From the human T2T-CHM13v2.0 reference genome, Homo sapiens: a stretch of 64,000 nt of DNA. The DNA is taken from assembly GCF_009914755.1 (NCBI RefSeq), contig NC_060939.1; one strand, written 5' to 3'. The number at the start of each line of letters is the position of its first letter. Position 1 is the first letter of the stretch. A model generated the notes under the pieces. The model had not been told where the DNA came from, ran no database searches, and was given only the letters and a program-made list of their open reading frames with translations. This document shows, one piece after another, positions 24,039 through 47,006 of this stretch. A program made the translations under genes and the position numbers.

Positions 24039-24581
24039 GAGACAGGATCTTGCTTTGTTGCCCAGGCTGGAGTGCAGTGGTACAGTCATGCCTATAATCC
24101 CAGCTACTTAGGAGGCTGAGGTGGGAAGATCACTAAAGGTCAATTTGAGGCTGTAGCGGGCTATGATTGCACCTGAGAAAAACCACTACACTCCAGCCTA
24201 GGCAACATAGCAAGATTTTGTCTCTCTACAAAGTAGGGGGGAAAAGTAATTTGTTTTTAAGAATATATTAGTGGCATTAGAGTATTACTTTCCTGATAAT
24301 ATCAAGAATATTCTCTTGGACAGGTGCAGTGGCTCACATCTGTAATCCCAGCACTTTGGGAGGCCAAAGTGGGCAGATCACTTGAGGTCAGGAGTTTGAG
24401 ACCAGCCTGGCCAACATGGCGAAACCCCATCTCTACAAAAAATAAAAAAATCAGGCCAGGTGCCGTGGCTCACACCTGTAATCCCAGGACTTTGGGAGGC
24501 GGGCAGATCACAAGGTCAGGAGTTCGAGACCAGCCTGGCCAATATGGTGAAATCCCGTCTCTACTAAAAATACAAAAATTA

Positions 24582-24933
<352 letters not shown>

Positions 24934-26087
24934 TTAGTATACATGCTAAAAGAAGAGAAAGAAATCACTGCTTGTCTATCAATAGGAGCCGGTTATATAA
25001 ATGATGTCAAATCCACCAATGGACTAACACGCAGCTAAGATAAAGGATGGGACAACTCCATGTGTGACTCATTCTATTTGAATTATGGCATATTTACATA
25101 TTACATTTTTAAAACTTTCAATGTCAAAGAAAGCAAAGAAAGAAGAAACAAATTACAAATTTTAGGAGTAAACACTAACTCAAATGTAAATAGTATGGTA
25201 CTAACTGAACATGTGTCAGCTCAATTTTGAGTCTCTACAAGTCAGTCTAAATATGCTGCGCAGACACCAAAAAGATCAGTAGTAAAATTATTTATTAGTC
25301 CTCCACCTCCAGAAATTGTTTTTGCCTTTGCATGACCTGTGCTTTATTACTGCAACATAGTCATATTTGATAGCTTAAAGAAGAGACATTACCACTTAGG
25401 AGTTGCTTCATATATTTCCTGGTCAGATTTGACCAAAGAGGATGCTATTGCCATGAGACAACAAAATAAATAAATAAATGTGTTCTATTATAATGGGAAG
25501 CTGACTCTGAAGACTATAGATACTATACAAATGTTTCAACTTCAAATAGGTTTTGCTATTCCACACTCACAGTCTAAATTAGACTATAGTTCTTTTCACC
25601 TCAATTGTTTTCCCTAGAAATACTATATTTCCATTGAACATAAAAGATTCCATAAAGAAAGGACCACAGAAATTTCCAGATCAATGAAGTATCAAATAGG
25701 TAATAAGAGGTATTATCAAAATATCCCAGTGAAAAACAGGTGATGAATAGTATTTCTAATTTAGAAAAGTTAAATTATTTCCAACTTAATAATCATATTT
25801 CAATTATAACTTTCATAGCACTTTAGCTCCTATAGTAAGTAATCTTACCTTTTCTTTATGTAATCATATTAGGAGCTTTAAAATAAATTTTAAGCCAGAG
25901 CAAGAAGCTCAACTTTACAATTTTTTCAATGTTCAGATTAAATAAACGAGGATATTTTAAGTGTTTTAAGGAATAGCTGTAGTTTAAATAAAAAGAATTT
26001 TCCATCTAAACTATTAATTCTAAAAGGAATATATACTAAGGTATTCAGTAGCCTAGCTTTTGGCAAAAATTAAATCAGGTGCCCTCA

Positions 26088-26674
<587 letters not shown>

Positions 26675-27088
26675 TAATTACACTGAATAGGTTCTGAAAA
26701 TACCCAAGACCACTCCAGGGTAGCAGAGAAGCCTGACATAGAAAGTAATTATTTTCCTTCTATGGGTAGAGATGACAGGTGACAGAAACACAATTCCCAT
26801 TCTAAAGCCATGTCTTCATTGAATATACATTATTATTAAAATATTAGGGTTCCAATTTTGCCAGTCACCCCCAACAACTTCTTACTGTTAAAAATGGCAG
26901 GCCAGGTGTGGTGGCTGCCGCCTGTAATCCCAGCACTTTGGGAGGCCGAGGCAGACAGATCACCTGAGGTTGGGAGTTAGAGACCAGCCTGACCAACATG
27001 GAGAAACCCCATCTCTACTAAAAATACAAAATTAGCCAGGCGTGGTGGCGCATGCCTGTAATCCCAGCTACTCGGGAGACTGAAATAG

Positions 27089-27445
<357 letters not shown>

Positions 27446-28065
27446 TAGCCAGAATGGTCTCAATCTCCTGACCTCGTGATCCGCCCGCCTCGGCCTCCCA
27501 AAGTGCTGGGATTACAGGCGTGAGCCACTGCGCCTGGCCGGTTTTCTGTTCTTTTTAACAAATAATAAAAGGTATTTAAGTACCATTTGTTCTATTTGCT
27601 ATAAATAATTCCCATTTACTTTGGTTACTAGAAGCTTAAAATGTTTATGTAGTTAAAAACATCCATCTTTTCCTTACTGATTTCTTCTAAACTTCCTAGA
27701 CTTAGAAAACCATCCTATCAAGAGCTGATAATTTCATTTCACAGATCAAAATTAATTTGTTTGAAAAATGAGAAACTACTATTCTGAGGGGGGAAAAAAA
27801 GTTTATGTTTCAGGAAAACAAATGGTTCTAAAATGACCAACTGTATCAGAGAATTCCCGATATCATAATAATATATTAAAATAATGCTTCTTAAATCCTC
27901 ATAGGCTCTTTCATAGTTAAAGGAATAACTGATACTGATGATATCCACAACAGTTACTAAAAAGCAAGATGACGAGACCATCCTGACTAATACGGTGAAA
28001 CCCTGTCTCTACTAAAAATACAAAAATTAGCTGGGTGTGGTGGCATGCGCGTGTAGTCCCAGCTA

Positions 28066-28255
<190 letters not shown>

Positions 28256-28644
28256 TTATGCCTGGCCTGGACATGTTCCATTTGCCCTCTAGATCCACTC
28301 TCTACCTTTCTCCTCTTTGCAGACTGGAGGAAGGAAAGAAAATGAGCTTAGTCTATTTTCCCCCCAGACCTCTCACTGACAGGCCACCTCTGACTGGCTG
28401 TGTTAAGGGACTGGTTTGTGTCTTTCAATGCAGGCCTTTCTTCCCTTCAAGGTTCCAGTAACCTCTACTCTCCTCTTCCTTCAGGATTAGAGGTGGTGAT
28501 AATAACCTTGAGGATGTAAGCTCCAGGGTACTGCACAATCTGGCTGTTTCCCAACACCATGACTACACTGTTTGATGCCTTCATTAAATTATCCTTGAAT
28601 TACTGTAATTTGAGTGCATCTTCTACTTCTTAATGGGACCCTGA

Positions 28645-28854
<210 letters not shown>

Positions 28855-31808
28855 TAGTAGAGACGGGGTTTTTCCATGTTGGCCAGGCTGGTCTCAAACT
28901 CCTGACCTCTGGTGATCCGCCTGCCTCGGCCTCCCAAAGTGCTAGGATTACAGGTATGAGCCACCGTACCCAGCCCTGACTCAACCAATTTCAAAACATT
29001 TTTTCAGATCCAGAAAAAAACAAACTGATGACAGTGGAACACAAATAATATCAGAAATAATTAAAGAAAAAGCAAATATATTTATCATCCTAAGGTAAAT
29101 ATTTTACTTGAGAAAAATAACAAAGTTTGCAATACAAAATTTAAAATTCATCCTTAAAAATGTACTCTACAAAATGTAGGCCTTATTGGATCCTGATTTG
29201 AAAGAACAATTATATAAAAAATATTTTTGAGATAACTGAGGAAACATAAAAATGGGACTGTTAGATGATATTAAGGCATGATTATTTTGTTGAATCAATA
29301 ATGGTAATGTGGTTTTTGTTTAAGTCCTTATTTTTTGGAGATACATAATAATGCTTTTACAAGTAAAATCCTATTATGCTTAGAACCATTTAAAAATATT
29401 TCAGAAAAAAATTAATGAGGTACACAAAAGACATGAAACAAAACAGTAGAATGCCATTCTATAAATGTTTGAAAATTTCTATAATAAAAAGTGCAAAAAA
29501 GTATAGAATATAATATTACTATGTAAACAAACAAACAAACAAAAACACATGAAAACCACCTGTCCAAAAACAGAGGACTGGTTAAATAAATTATGGCTTA
29601 TATACATTGTGATGATAGCAAGAAATGGCATGAGGAGTCTTCAGGCCCAATTCCCTTTATCTCCATTAACTAAGTCCTAAGCCACCTCCAATAAGCACAA
29701 ATGTAAGTCAAAACTGTGTGCTAGTTATGCAAAACAGCTACAATACAAATTACCTACCCCTTTTCCAATAAGATTATCACCATAAACTCCTCATATTAAT
29801 TCTCCATCAATGTTTCTTTTTTTCCTGAGAGACGGGGTTTTGCTCTGTAGCCCAGGCTGGAACGCAATGGCATGATCACAGCTCACTACAGCCTCAACCG
29901 CCTCGGCTCAAGTGATCCTCCCACCTCAGCCTCCTGAGTAGCTTGGACTACAGGTGCACACCACCACTCCTGGCTAATTATTTATTTTTTGTAGAAATGG
30001 GGTCCCACTATGTTGCCCCAGCTGGTCTGAAACTCCTGGGCTCAAGCGATCCTTCCACCTCAGCCTCCCAAAGTAAGATTACAGGTATGAGCCACTGCGC
30101 CTGGAAATTCTCCATCAACCTTTATACATACAAATAAAGAACATGAAATGGTATCAAAAGCTGTTCAAAAATATTAAGTGAAAAAGGCAGGATACAAACT
30201 ACTACATGTTGTATTTTACTAGTAAAAACCTAAGTCATATGATTCCAAAAGAAGCTGGAAAAATGGTAGGCACCGTGGCTCACGCCTATAATCCCAAAAA
30301 TGTGACAGGCTGAGGCAGAAATATCACTTGAGGCCAGGAGTTTGAGACCACACTGGGCAACATAGCAAGACCCTGTCTCTACAAAAAATTAAAAAATTAG
30401 CTGGACATGATGGCGTCCGCCTGTAGTCCTATCTACTGAGGAGGCTGAGACAGGAGGATCACTTGAGTACAGAAGTTCGAAGCTGCCATGAACTATGATC
30501 TCGCCACTGCACTCCAGGCTGAGTAACAGAAAAAGACCTTGTCTCAAAAAAATAAAAAGAAAGATACAATGAAACATTAAGGGTTGTTTTCCTACTTTGT
30601 TTCTAATATACTATTTTTAAACAGAAATTAAATGCTTTTTAAAAGAACTGTATACAGAAGAGTGGCCAAATGGTCAATTAAGGCTTATTCCTAAAGCTTA
30701 ATGAGAACTTTATCATTAAAACATCATTAATTAGGGTAAACTCTAACGAATGCCCTAATGCCAGATTCTTAATGACAGACAGCAGTAAAATACTGGTTGT
30801 AAATTTGTCACCATTTATTAATCTGAGGTTGAATAACCACTCAAGGGCACTTAGATGATCTGAACAAATATGTAAATCAGATTTGGATTTAAATGTCTAC
30901 ATTTAAGTTGTCTGATTTTCAGATACCATTTGCTGGTGTACGAACCCACCAAAGGAAATACTTCCTAATTATTTGCTTTCAGTTTACAGTTTCACCTCCA
31001 AGTAAGGGTGGAAAGATTTAAAACAACATACGCGTGCCTAGACATTTCAAAAGCAGGCTGCTGCAAAACTAGTGCTAACAAATTCATCCTGTCTTTTAAT
31101 ATAGACAGAAAACCCACTTCCACTAATAGCATGAAAGGACAGAAGCAAGAAAGCAATGTAGAGGAACCCTAGTCTCACATAAATGACAAGTGTGATATAG
31201 CAAATCTCTCGATGAATTCAACTGTAAAAAAGAACAACGATCCCACCCCCAAGCAAAAAAAAAAAGAAAAAAAAAAGTGCTTTGATTAGGGATTTCAGAG
31301 CCTATTAATTTTAGAAGCAGTAACATTAGCCTCCCAGTCTATGTCGTCACTAGAAGCCCTTTGGGTTTTGAGAATTCCCACTTGTGTCGCATCTTTCTAC
31401 ATAATAACAAGCTACCAAAAGACTGAAGTGAATGCAAAAAACGACTAGGTTCTAGGGAAACCAGATGAGATATAAAAGAATCCAACAAGAGACTAATAAG
31501 GGTCCACCTGTCCCCAGGGCCCAGGAATGATCGTCCCCACATGGGGCCAAAATAAGGTTGGAAATAACTGACTCCATGCTCTGACCATGGCAGGGGGTGA
31601 GCGCCTGCCATGCTCATTCCAGAGGTACAGGACCAGGAAAGGGAAAGCATCCGACTGCCTCCCAAGGTCTCCCGGCATAGACCGTTAGCGGCACCCTCCC
31701 CTTCAGTCTGAGACAGCGACGTTGTCCCGTCCTGACACTTAACTCTCCTGGTGGGGTCCCTGTCCGGCCTCCATCCCAGCCTTTTTCCCGCTGCCCTCAG
31801 GATGCTCA

Positions 31809-32282
<474 letters not shown>

Positions 32283-32722
32283 TCAAGTGCCTATGAAGGG
32301 GACTGCCCATGAAGTGAAAGTCAAGTGTGTGTTGCTGCGGCAGCCACGGAGGCCAAGGACCTCACGGGAGTAAAAGATGACGAGACTGGCTTCGGGAGAA
32401 ACACCATCCAGAAGAGACCTTTCAAAAAACTTCTAGAGACTCCCCAAGACGTATGAGATGAAAGGCTTCTTCTGTCTGTGTGCGTTTAACTCATTTCTCC
32501 TTAGCCCCGAGATTACGCGCTGCTGTGCCTGCGACTGCAGCGTTTACGCCGAGATAACTCGTGGATTACAGTGCCAACCTTACTCCCAAAGTTTGCCACG
32601 AAATATCTCGCTTCTGTTATTTTCGCATGGTTCTGGTATATTGACTTTTGAAACAAAAGACATCATTCTGTTTATAGCATTCTGTTTTTAGTAGTGGGAT
32701 TTCCATCTACAAAATATAGTAA

Positions 32723-34495
<1,773 letters not shown>

Positions 34496-34549
34496 ATACC
34501 GATCATCATACACATCTGTTCCATTAGGATTAGAGACAAGTTCTGTTTA

Positions 34550-35150
<601 letters not shown>

Positions 35151-36032
35151 CCAAGAACAGTTTTTATATTTTATTTTCACATTGAAAATCAGTCAGATTT
35201 GCTTCAGCCTCAAAGAGGGTGTTTATGTAAAACTAAATGAGTGCAGGCAGCGAGCTACACTTTTTTTTTTCCTAAATGGAAAATGGGAAGGAGATACTGT
35301 CTCTGAACAAAAATAGCTGGAAAAACACATAACTGTTAACTAAGGGTTGCCTCTAGTGAAAAGGATTGGAAGACAATTTATCTGATGCTACACTATTCTT
35401 CCTGTTGTGATTGTTTTACTGTGAACATAACAAGGTTGTATTGGGGAGGAGGGCAGGGGTTGATTGCTGCCAATGTTGATTGCTGAGGCCTTAGCCAAGA
35501 TTTCAGGCATCATTTGCTCCAGTCCTTTCATTTTCTTTATGGTGGAAAGTGAAGTGACTTGCCCAAGATCTTTGTTGGCCCTAAACATCGCTGTCTCTGC
35601 TACAGATTCCTATTGAGAGCAATGCATGTTTTAGCCTTGTGCACTCTTAGAGTCAGCATCATGGGAAAGAGTAACAGCAATTGAAAAAAGAGATTCAAGA
35701 GCCAAGTACTCAGCCCTGGCAGGGGATGGGGACATGATGCCCAGAGCCACCCCTATACTCCAGTCTCCCTGGCATCAGCTACTGCAGTACTGGGGTACTT
35801 GCCTTCATCTTTTTTCTGAAGATAGTTACTTCTTCATATTTGATCATCGGAAGGAGCAGCATTGCTCAGAAACACACACACACACACACACTTGACTTTC
35901 TTGTCTGCCAAATAAATTTCTTATTTGCTAGGGAACTGGTAATCTAGGCTCAAGAAGTGTGTGGAGAAGGTTTATTTTCATTCTTTTTACTTTAAAATAT
36001 GCCTTAGTTTTTGAATAGATAAGACATTCAAG

Positions 36033-36783
<751 letters not shown>

Positions 36784-36786
<3 letters not shown>

Positions 36787-36875
36787 ATGGTACAATATTC
36801 AAAAGGCACATGGTACAATATTCAAAAGGCACATGGTACAATATTCAAAAGGCACATGGTACAATATTCAAAAGG
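36784..36875. repeat. Minisatellite: 4 perfect copies of 23-bp CACATGGTACAATATTCAAAAGG
   Basis: Units start at 36784, 36807, 36830 and 36853. Confidence 0.97.
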
Positions 36876-37016
36876 TATGAGTATACAAAAAAAATCTCCC
36901 ACCTACTTCTCTCCCTAGTCACCCAATTCTCAAGAGGCAATCAGTGTTGCCATTTTCCTGAGTATTCTTCCACAGATAGTCAACTATCTACAGAAAAATA
37001 TATACATTAAAAATAA

Positions 37017-37210
37017 GGCCAGGCACAGTGGCATGCCTGTAGTCCCAGCTACTCAGAAGGTTGAAGCAGGAGGATCACTTGAGGCCAGGAGGGCCAGGAA
37101 TTTGAAGCTGTAGTGTGCTATGATAGCAGGCCTGTGAATAGCCATTGCACTCCATCCTGGGCAACATAGCCAGACCCTGTCTCTAAAAAAAAAAAAAAAA
37201 AAAAAGACAA
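37017..37210 (+). mobile_element. Free Alu monomer (FAM/FRAM-like)
   Basis: Monomeric, with 7SL-like CCTGTGAATAGCCATTGCACTCCA and a poly(A) tail. Confidence 0.75.
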
Positions 37211-37826
37211 AAAAACAAATCCATATATACATATATATGTATATATATAGTATGCTACCAGTTGTGTGAAAAAAGGGGCAAAATATATATTTATTTAACT
37301 TATATACAAATAACATTCTAGAAATAAATTGTTTAATATAAAATACACTAATATATAATAATGTATTACCTAACATATGATTATATATAACTATAATGTG
37401 TACTGTTTTACATATATATTTCCAAAGTATACTATAAATGCACTTCCGCACTTTGCTCTTTTTACTAAATATATCTTGGAAATCATCCTTTATTCGTACA
37501 TAAAAAGCTTCATAGTTCCTTTTTATGGCTGCAAAATGTTCCAGCTTATGGATGGACTGATTCTCTATCGAGCAACATTAAGATTGTGTCCTATTTTACT
37601 ATTCCTAATTTTGCTGAAGTGAATTTCTTTTGCCATGTGATTTCCACAGGTGTATATATGTAGCGTAATTAGTACTAGTAGAAAGTAGAATTGCTAGATC
37701 AAAGAGTATGTGCCTTTGTAATTTTGATGATATTGTGAAATCTTCTTCCACAGAAGTTGTTGCAACTTTCACTCTCACCAGCAATGTGTAAGATAACTTG
37801 CTTCTTCATACCCTCACCAACAATGA

Positions 37827-38093
<267 letters not shown>

Positions 38094-38313
38094 TAGGCTG
38101 ATCTCGAACTCCTAACCTCAGGTGATCCACCTGCCTCGGCCTCCCAAAGTGCTGGAATTACAGGCGTGAGCCACCATGCCTGGCTCTTCTTGCTTGTTTG
38201 TTTTGAGACAGAGTCTTGCTCTGTCAGCCAGGCTGGAGTGCAGTGGCACGATATTGGCTCACTGCAACCTCTGTCTCCCAGGCTCAAGCAATTCTCCTGC
38301 CTCAGCCTCCTGA

Positions 38314-38565
<252 letters not shown>

Positions 38566-39723
38566 TAAAGAGGAATAAAGCCATGTGTTCAGCCAAGGAT
38601 AGTTATCATGAAGGATAAAAGCCTCAAAATCCTGATTTTGAAATACAAAGTGCTGATTTTAAAATCAGTACATGTTGAGCTGAGCCCTGAGGCCTTTGTT
38701 TCAGTCCGAACCAGAGCAGAAGTAAGCATTGTTGAAACCGTAGTAAAAAGATTATTTGAGAAATAATGGAATGGGACAAAGGATTATAATGTGCTACAGC
38801 CCTCTGACCATTACACTTTCTAAACTATTAATAAAATTTTACTTTTCAAAAATGATTTCAAAAATTGCAAAATTTAGAAATATGCTGAAATAAAAACAGC
38901 TTCATCCCAAGTTTCCTGATTTTTTTTTTCTGTATATGTTTGGTGACCCTTCTTTGCTGGTCGTATCTTAGACACTTGTTCAGTTTTTTTTTTTTTTTTT
39001 TTTTTGAGGCAGAGTCTCACTCTGTCACCCAGGCGGGAGTGCAATGGCGTGATCTTAGCTCACTGCAACGGCGTGATCTCAGGTCACTGCAACCTCCACC
39101 TCCCGGTTCAAGCAATTCTCTTGCCTCAGCCTCCCGAGTAGCTGGGACTACAGACGCGCACCACCATGCCTGGCTTCTTTTTGTGTTTTTAGTAGAGACA
39201 GGGTTTTGCCACGTTGGCCAGGCTAATCTCGAACTCCTGACCTCTGGTGATTCGCCCGCCTTGGACTTCCAAAGTGCTGGGATTACAGGCATGAGCCACC
39301 ATGCCCGGCCTTGACACTTGTTCAGTTTGACTAACAAGTAATCAGTGCTCGTCATATTTCCCCAGGTAGGAGCTGAGAAGTTTACTTTGCAGTGGGACAA
39401 AAGGTGGATGAGGACCAGCAGTGAACAGTAACTGAAGTCTCTGTATCCCCATTTCTGCCTTCCTTTCTTCCCTTCCCTTATTGTCACTCATACTAAACTA
39501 TCCAATGCTTCAAACCCCTCACATGCCAGGCTTATACCTCTATAGGCACTACATGGAGAAGAAAAGCCTGAGTAACGTTTTCAGGTAGTGCAAAATTCTG
39601 TTATCTCTACTATTTTCCAGGTAGGCCAGAGGAATTGTATAGAGATTCAACTCCAAATTATGTGTTTTCCCATAATGTAGCCCTTGGACTCATGCTTTAT
39701 AAAAGAAACTATAATTATAATAA

Positions 39724-40239
<516 letters not shown>

Positions 40240-41947
40240 TGAAGCAGCTCCCCATACTTCAAAAATTCTAATGAAGGGATAGTTTACAATTGCCCCTTTT
40301 GAGTGTTCCCTTTCTTTCCTGCCAAGACTCTGACCCATATGTATTTCAAGTAGAACTATGTTCTACATATGTTAATTATTGCAAATAGTGTTAAAGTGAG
40401 AAGTGATCAGTTTACTATCCAAGCTGTTCACTTTTCTCCCTCTTCTTTTTTTGCTGCCTAGCTCTTGACTTCATATCATGGCCACAAGGGGGTGAACAAA
40501 GATAGGCACAGAAACAAATCTCAAAACCCATGCTTTAGGGATTTTTATAAATGTTCAATTATACCAACAAAAGTTAACTCTGGGGTTTACAGGTAATACT
40601 TCTTTTTTATCCAGTATTCTTTTTAAGTTTCTGTTTTGGGCAACATTTTTATAGTCAGAAACGTATAAAGCTGTTTTTCAAAATAAAGGGGGAAGTAAAC
40701 TTGCTAAAAATATATAATAGAATTTACTTTGAACTCTTAAAATTGGAATCTGTCAAAAAACAGTTATCATCTCTATCTGGACTTTTCATGATCATTTAAA
40801 GCAACATCTTTGGGGATAGTTTCGGCCTTTCCCCGCTCTCTTTCAGTATTCTGCTTGTCAGCACTGATATAATGGTGCTTTTTAAACTATTCTTCACACA
40901 TTGGCTATCTATTTACAAGTAAGAGGTAGTCAGTTATAAGGTATGACTATAAAGTAACGAGGATTATACCTTTAGCCACTTCTCTTTTATATTTAAATCA
41001 ATGGGTTTGTGGTATTTTTTAAAATAGAGTAACACTAGCAGAATGCTTGGGAAACTTCAGCCGCTCTAATCTCCAAATACCTCATTTACTTTAAGTGATT
41101 TTTGAGCTTTAAGTTTTCAAATCTCATTTACTTCAAGTAGACTAGCTAATCTTTTTCACTCCAGTAAACTGGAGCCAATTCCCATAATATTTTTAAATGC
41201 TTGTCATCCACTAGGACTGTGGATTTGGCTTTCTGAAGTTCCCTATGAAGTCCTCTGAAATCGGATGGGTCATCCGTCATTCTCAGAGGGAGTTCAAGAT
41301 GAATCCTAACTTGCCTCAGTGTCCTGCAAAAATAAATTATAACGGAAAGATTTCACTTTCCTCATTTTACTCTAAATTCTTATCCCTTCCATCAAATTCT
41401 GTGAAAAACATAAGTAAAATAAATTGTGAAAGTGTGAAGACATGCTAAATAACTTATAAACATGAAGAGGAGGCAATCATCTTTGATATTAAGAAATGTT
41501 ATACAATTGCAAACATCCGGAGATATTCTAAAGTGCTCTGTAAATGCTAAACTGTAAATATTGTTAGTTACTATAATTGAACAATACTGACTAAGAAGTG
41601 AAAACGTTAGGGGGAAGGAGTTATGTTGCACTGACTATGCTTTGTGCTTTTAGGCTCTGCTCGCCTGGTGAACCCTGCTTCTCAAATGGCCTGTGGTACA
41701 GGTATAGGGATGTTCAATGCACTACGGGGGACCTAGGCTAAAGGACTGGCTCTAAGACCAGTCACAAAACTTAAGCACAGTAGTTAAACTCCAGCTCCAC
41801 ACACGACATCCAAAGCCCTCCTTGTATAGTCTCTGTGTTGCTGCCTCACATGCCAGCCCTTACAAAGCATTAGTGCTCTATTTACATCTCTACATAATAA
41901 ATGCAAAAGCTGGATCTCCTTCATGCCTCGATTAGGGTTTTACTTCA

Positions 41948-42271
<324 letters not shown>

Positions 42272-42299
42272 TTACTATCATCAATCTGCAAATGGGTAG

Positions 42300-42611
<312 letters not shown>

Positions 42612-42629
42612 TGAGCTACCGCGCCCGGC

Positions 42630-44500
<1,871 letters not shown>

Positions 44501-44633
44501 TTATTGTCTTTTTATGACTACCTTTTCTGCATTTGTTGGGAGATTTCTCTGCTTCTTGTGGGATCTGGACTACTCATGTCCTGTGGGTAGAGTTGTTGGT
44601 CAAGGATTTGTTTGTCTGTTTACTCAATCATAT

Positions 44634-45624
44634 TGATAGAGGCAGGAGGCAGATAAACTCTGGGCAGACAGGGGCAGGTCCCTGGCACAACCCCATTTTT
44701 GAGCCCAAAAGCCTGAAACCCATGGCCCAAAGTGAGAACTTCCATCCCTGTGTGCCCGCTGTCTCTCAATTGGTTCTTTCTGAATAATGTATTTTTACTA
44801 ATCTAATGTTGCCTTTTCCAAAACCACCTACTGCCTGCCCCACCCGCCATACTGTGCCTATAAAGACCCCAGACTCAGCCAGTAGAGAAGAGAATAAGCT
44901 GATGTCGGGGAGAGGTAACTTGACTTCAAAGATGATGGCTGGATGTTGGAAAGAGGCAACTTGACTTCAGAAGAGAGAGGTAGAGAGGTCACTTGGTTTT
45001 AGGGGAGAGCAACCTGCCCTTCTCAACCCTTTCCAGCTCTCCTCTCTGCTGAGAGCTGCTTTTGTTGCTCAATAAAATTCTCTGCATTCACCATCCTTCA
45101 ATTTTTCTGTGTGACCTTATTCCCCCTGGGCACTGGACAAGAATTCAGTATGCACCAAGTGCAGGTAGCCAAAAAGGCTGTCACACTGGCCCTTTGCCCT
45201 CGCCGGTGGAGGGCAGCCACCCCACTCAATGAGGCAAAATGCCCACTGAGCTGATAACACACTGCTGTTTGTGGATGGCAGAGCTAAGTGAGCATTGTAA
45301 CACGCCCTCTAAGGCCTTGGGGTCACAGGCACTCCCACCTGGACACTGCCTTGGGGCCTGCACAGAATTCACTTCTGCTGGCGCTAAAGCAGTGGGCTGG
45401 TTACTGCACTCAGTCACCTATGCACTCCCTCCAGCAAGGGGTGGAACATGGTTGCAAACCCTAGTGAACAGAGTTTGCTCCCACTGGCACTGAAGTGACC
45501 GGCTGGTTCCCACACTCCTTTGCTCATGTGCTCCATCCAGCAAGGGCTTGAGCAGAGTGGGCTGAGTAAATGGGGCACCCCTGTCATGAGTCCTACAAAG
45601 GGGTCAAGAAAATATATTGTATCG
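44634..45624 (+). mobile_element. ERV1 solo LTR of about 1 kb (MER50/LTR27/LTR28 group)
   Basis: Starts TGATAGAGGCAGGAGGCAG. TATA-like CTATAAA near 44858; AATAAA at 45071. Near-TSD ATAT/ATAC. Confidence 0.78.
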
Positions 45625-45659
45625 ATACTGCTTTTGGAGCAGTCCTCTCCTTTATTTAA

Positions 45660-45926
<267 letters not shown>

Positions 45927-46074
45927 TGAAGTGTTGGGATTATAGACGTAAGCGACTGCGCCTGGCCAGTCCTCTCCTTGAGAATGGAGAATATTTTCCT
46001 AGGTATAGATTCTTCTAAAACTGACAGCGCCTCTCAATTTTCACATACATACATATCACCTGCAAATGTTGTAA

Positions 46075-46453
<379 letters not shown>

Positions 46454-46752
46454 TAAGACGCTCCTTCATGCTACTAGCGGATGGAGCCACTTTAAGTAGG
46501 AAAGGAGGAGACCTGAGATTATGTATGGCCTTTTGTTCCTGGGTGGGCTTTGAGGATCCTCCAGTCCAGATGCTAAAATATAAATTCTTTTTCAGTTTTT
46601 ATCATATGACAAACAGCTTCATAAAGTTTCACATAGCACTATAGGATCTCATTCTTTTTGTTCTCGCTCACAACAATGCTATATCTTATGAGTTATTAAG
46701 GATGTAAATTTGGTATTCATGAGCTAAATTAGCAGAGTATGAGAGTTTACCA

Positions 46753-47006
46753 CAGGGCTATGTCACAATTTTGGGGGGGTCCTAAGCACTTTTGCCTTTG
46801 TAGATCACTTTCCTCCATAAAAAAATTAAAAATTATATTTTATTGCTGCACTGAGATAAGGATAAATATACTACAGGCAGATTCATTATTGTATATTCAC
46901 TATTGTTTCTTATTTTAAAAGGAATTAAGACATTTTTGTGGAGCCCTGAAAGTATCATTGGCGCTAGGCCCTGTATTTACTGTGCCTAATGGGAATGCTG
47001 GCCTTG
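46753..47006. mobile_element. hAT-type MITE fossil
   Basis: CAGGGC...GCCTTG termini and an AT-rich core. Family not certain. Confidence 0.5.

Noticed and set aside
40479-40496. CTCF-like motif TGGCCACAAGGGGGTGA
   Set aside because: It mismatches a key core position and cannot be supported without ChIP data.
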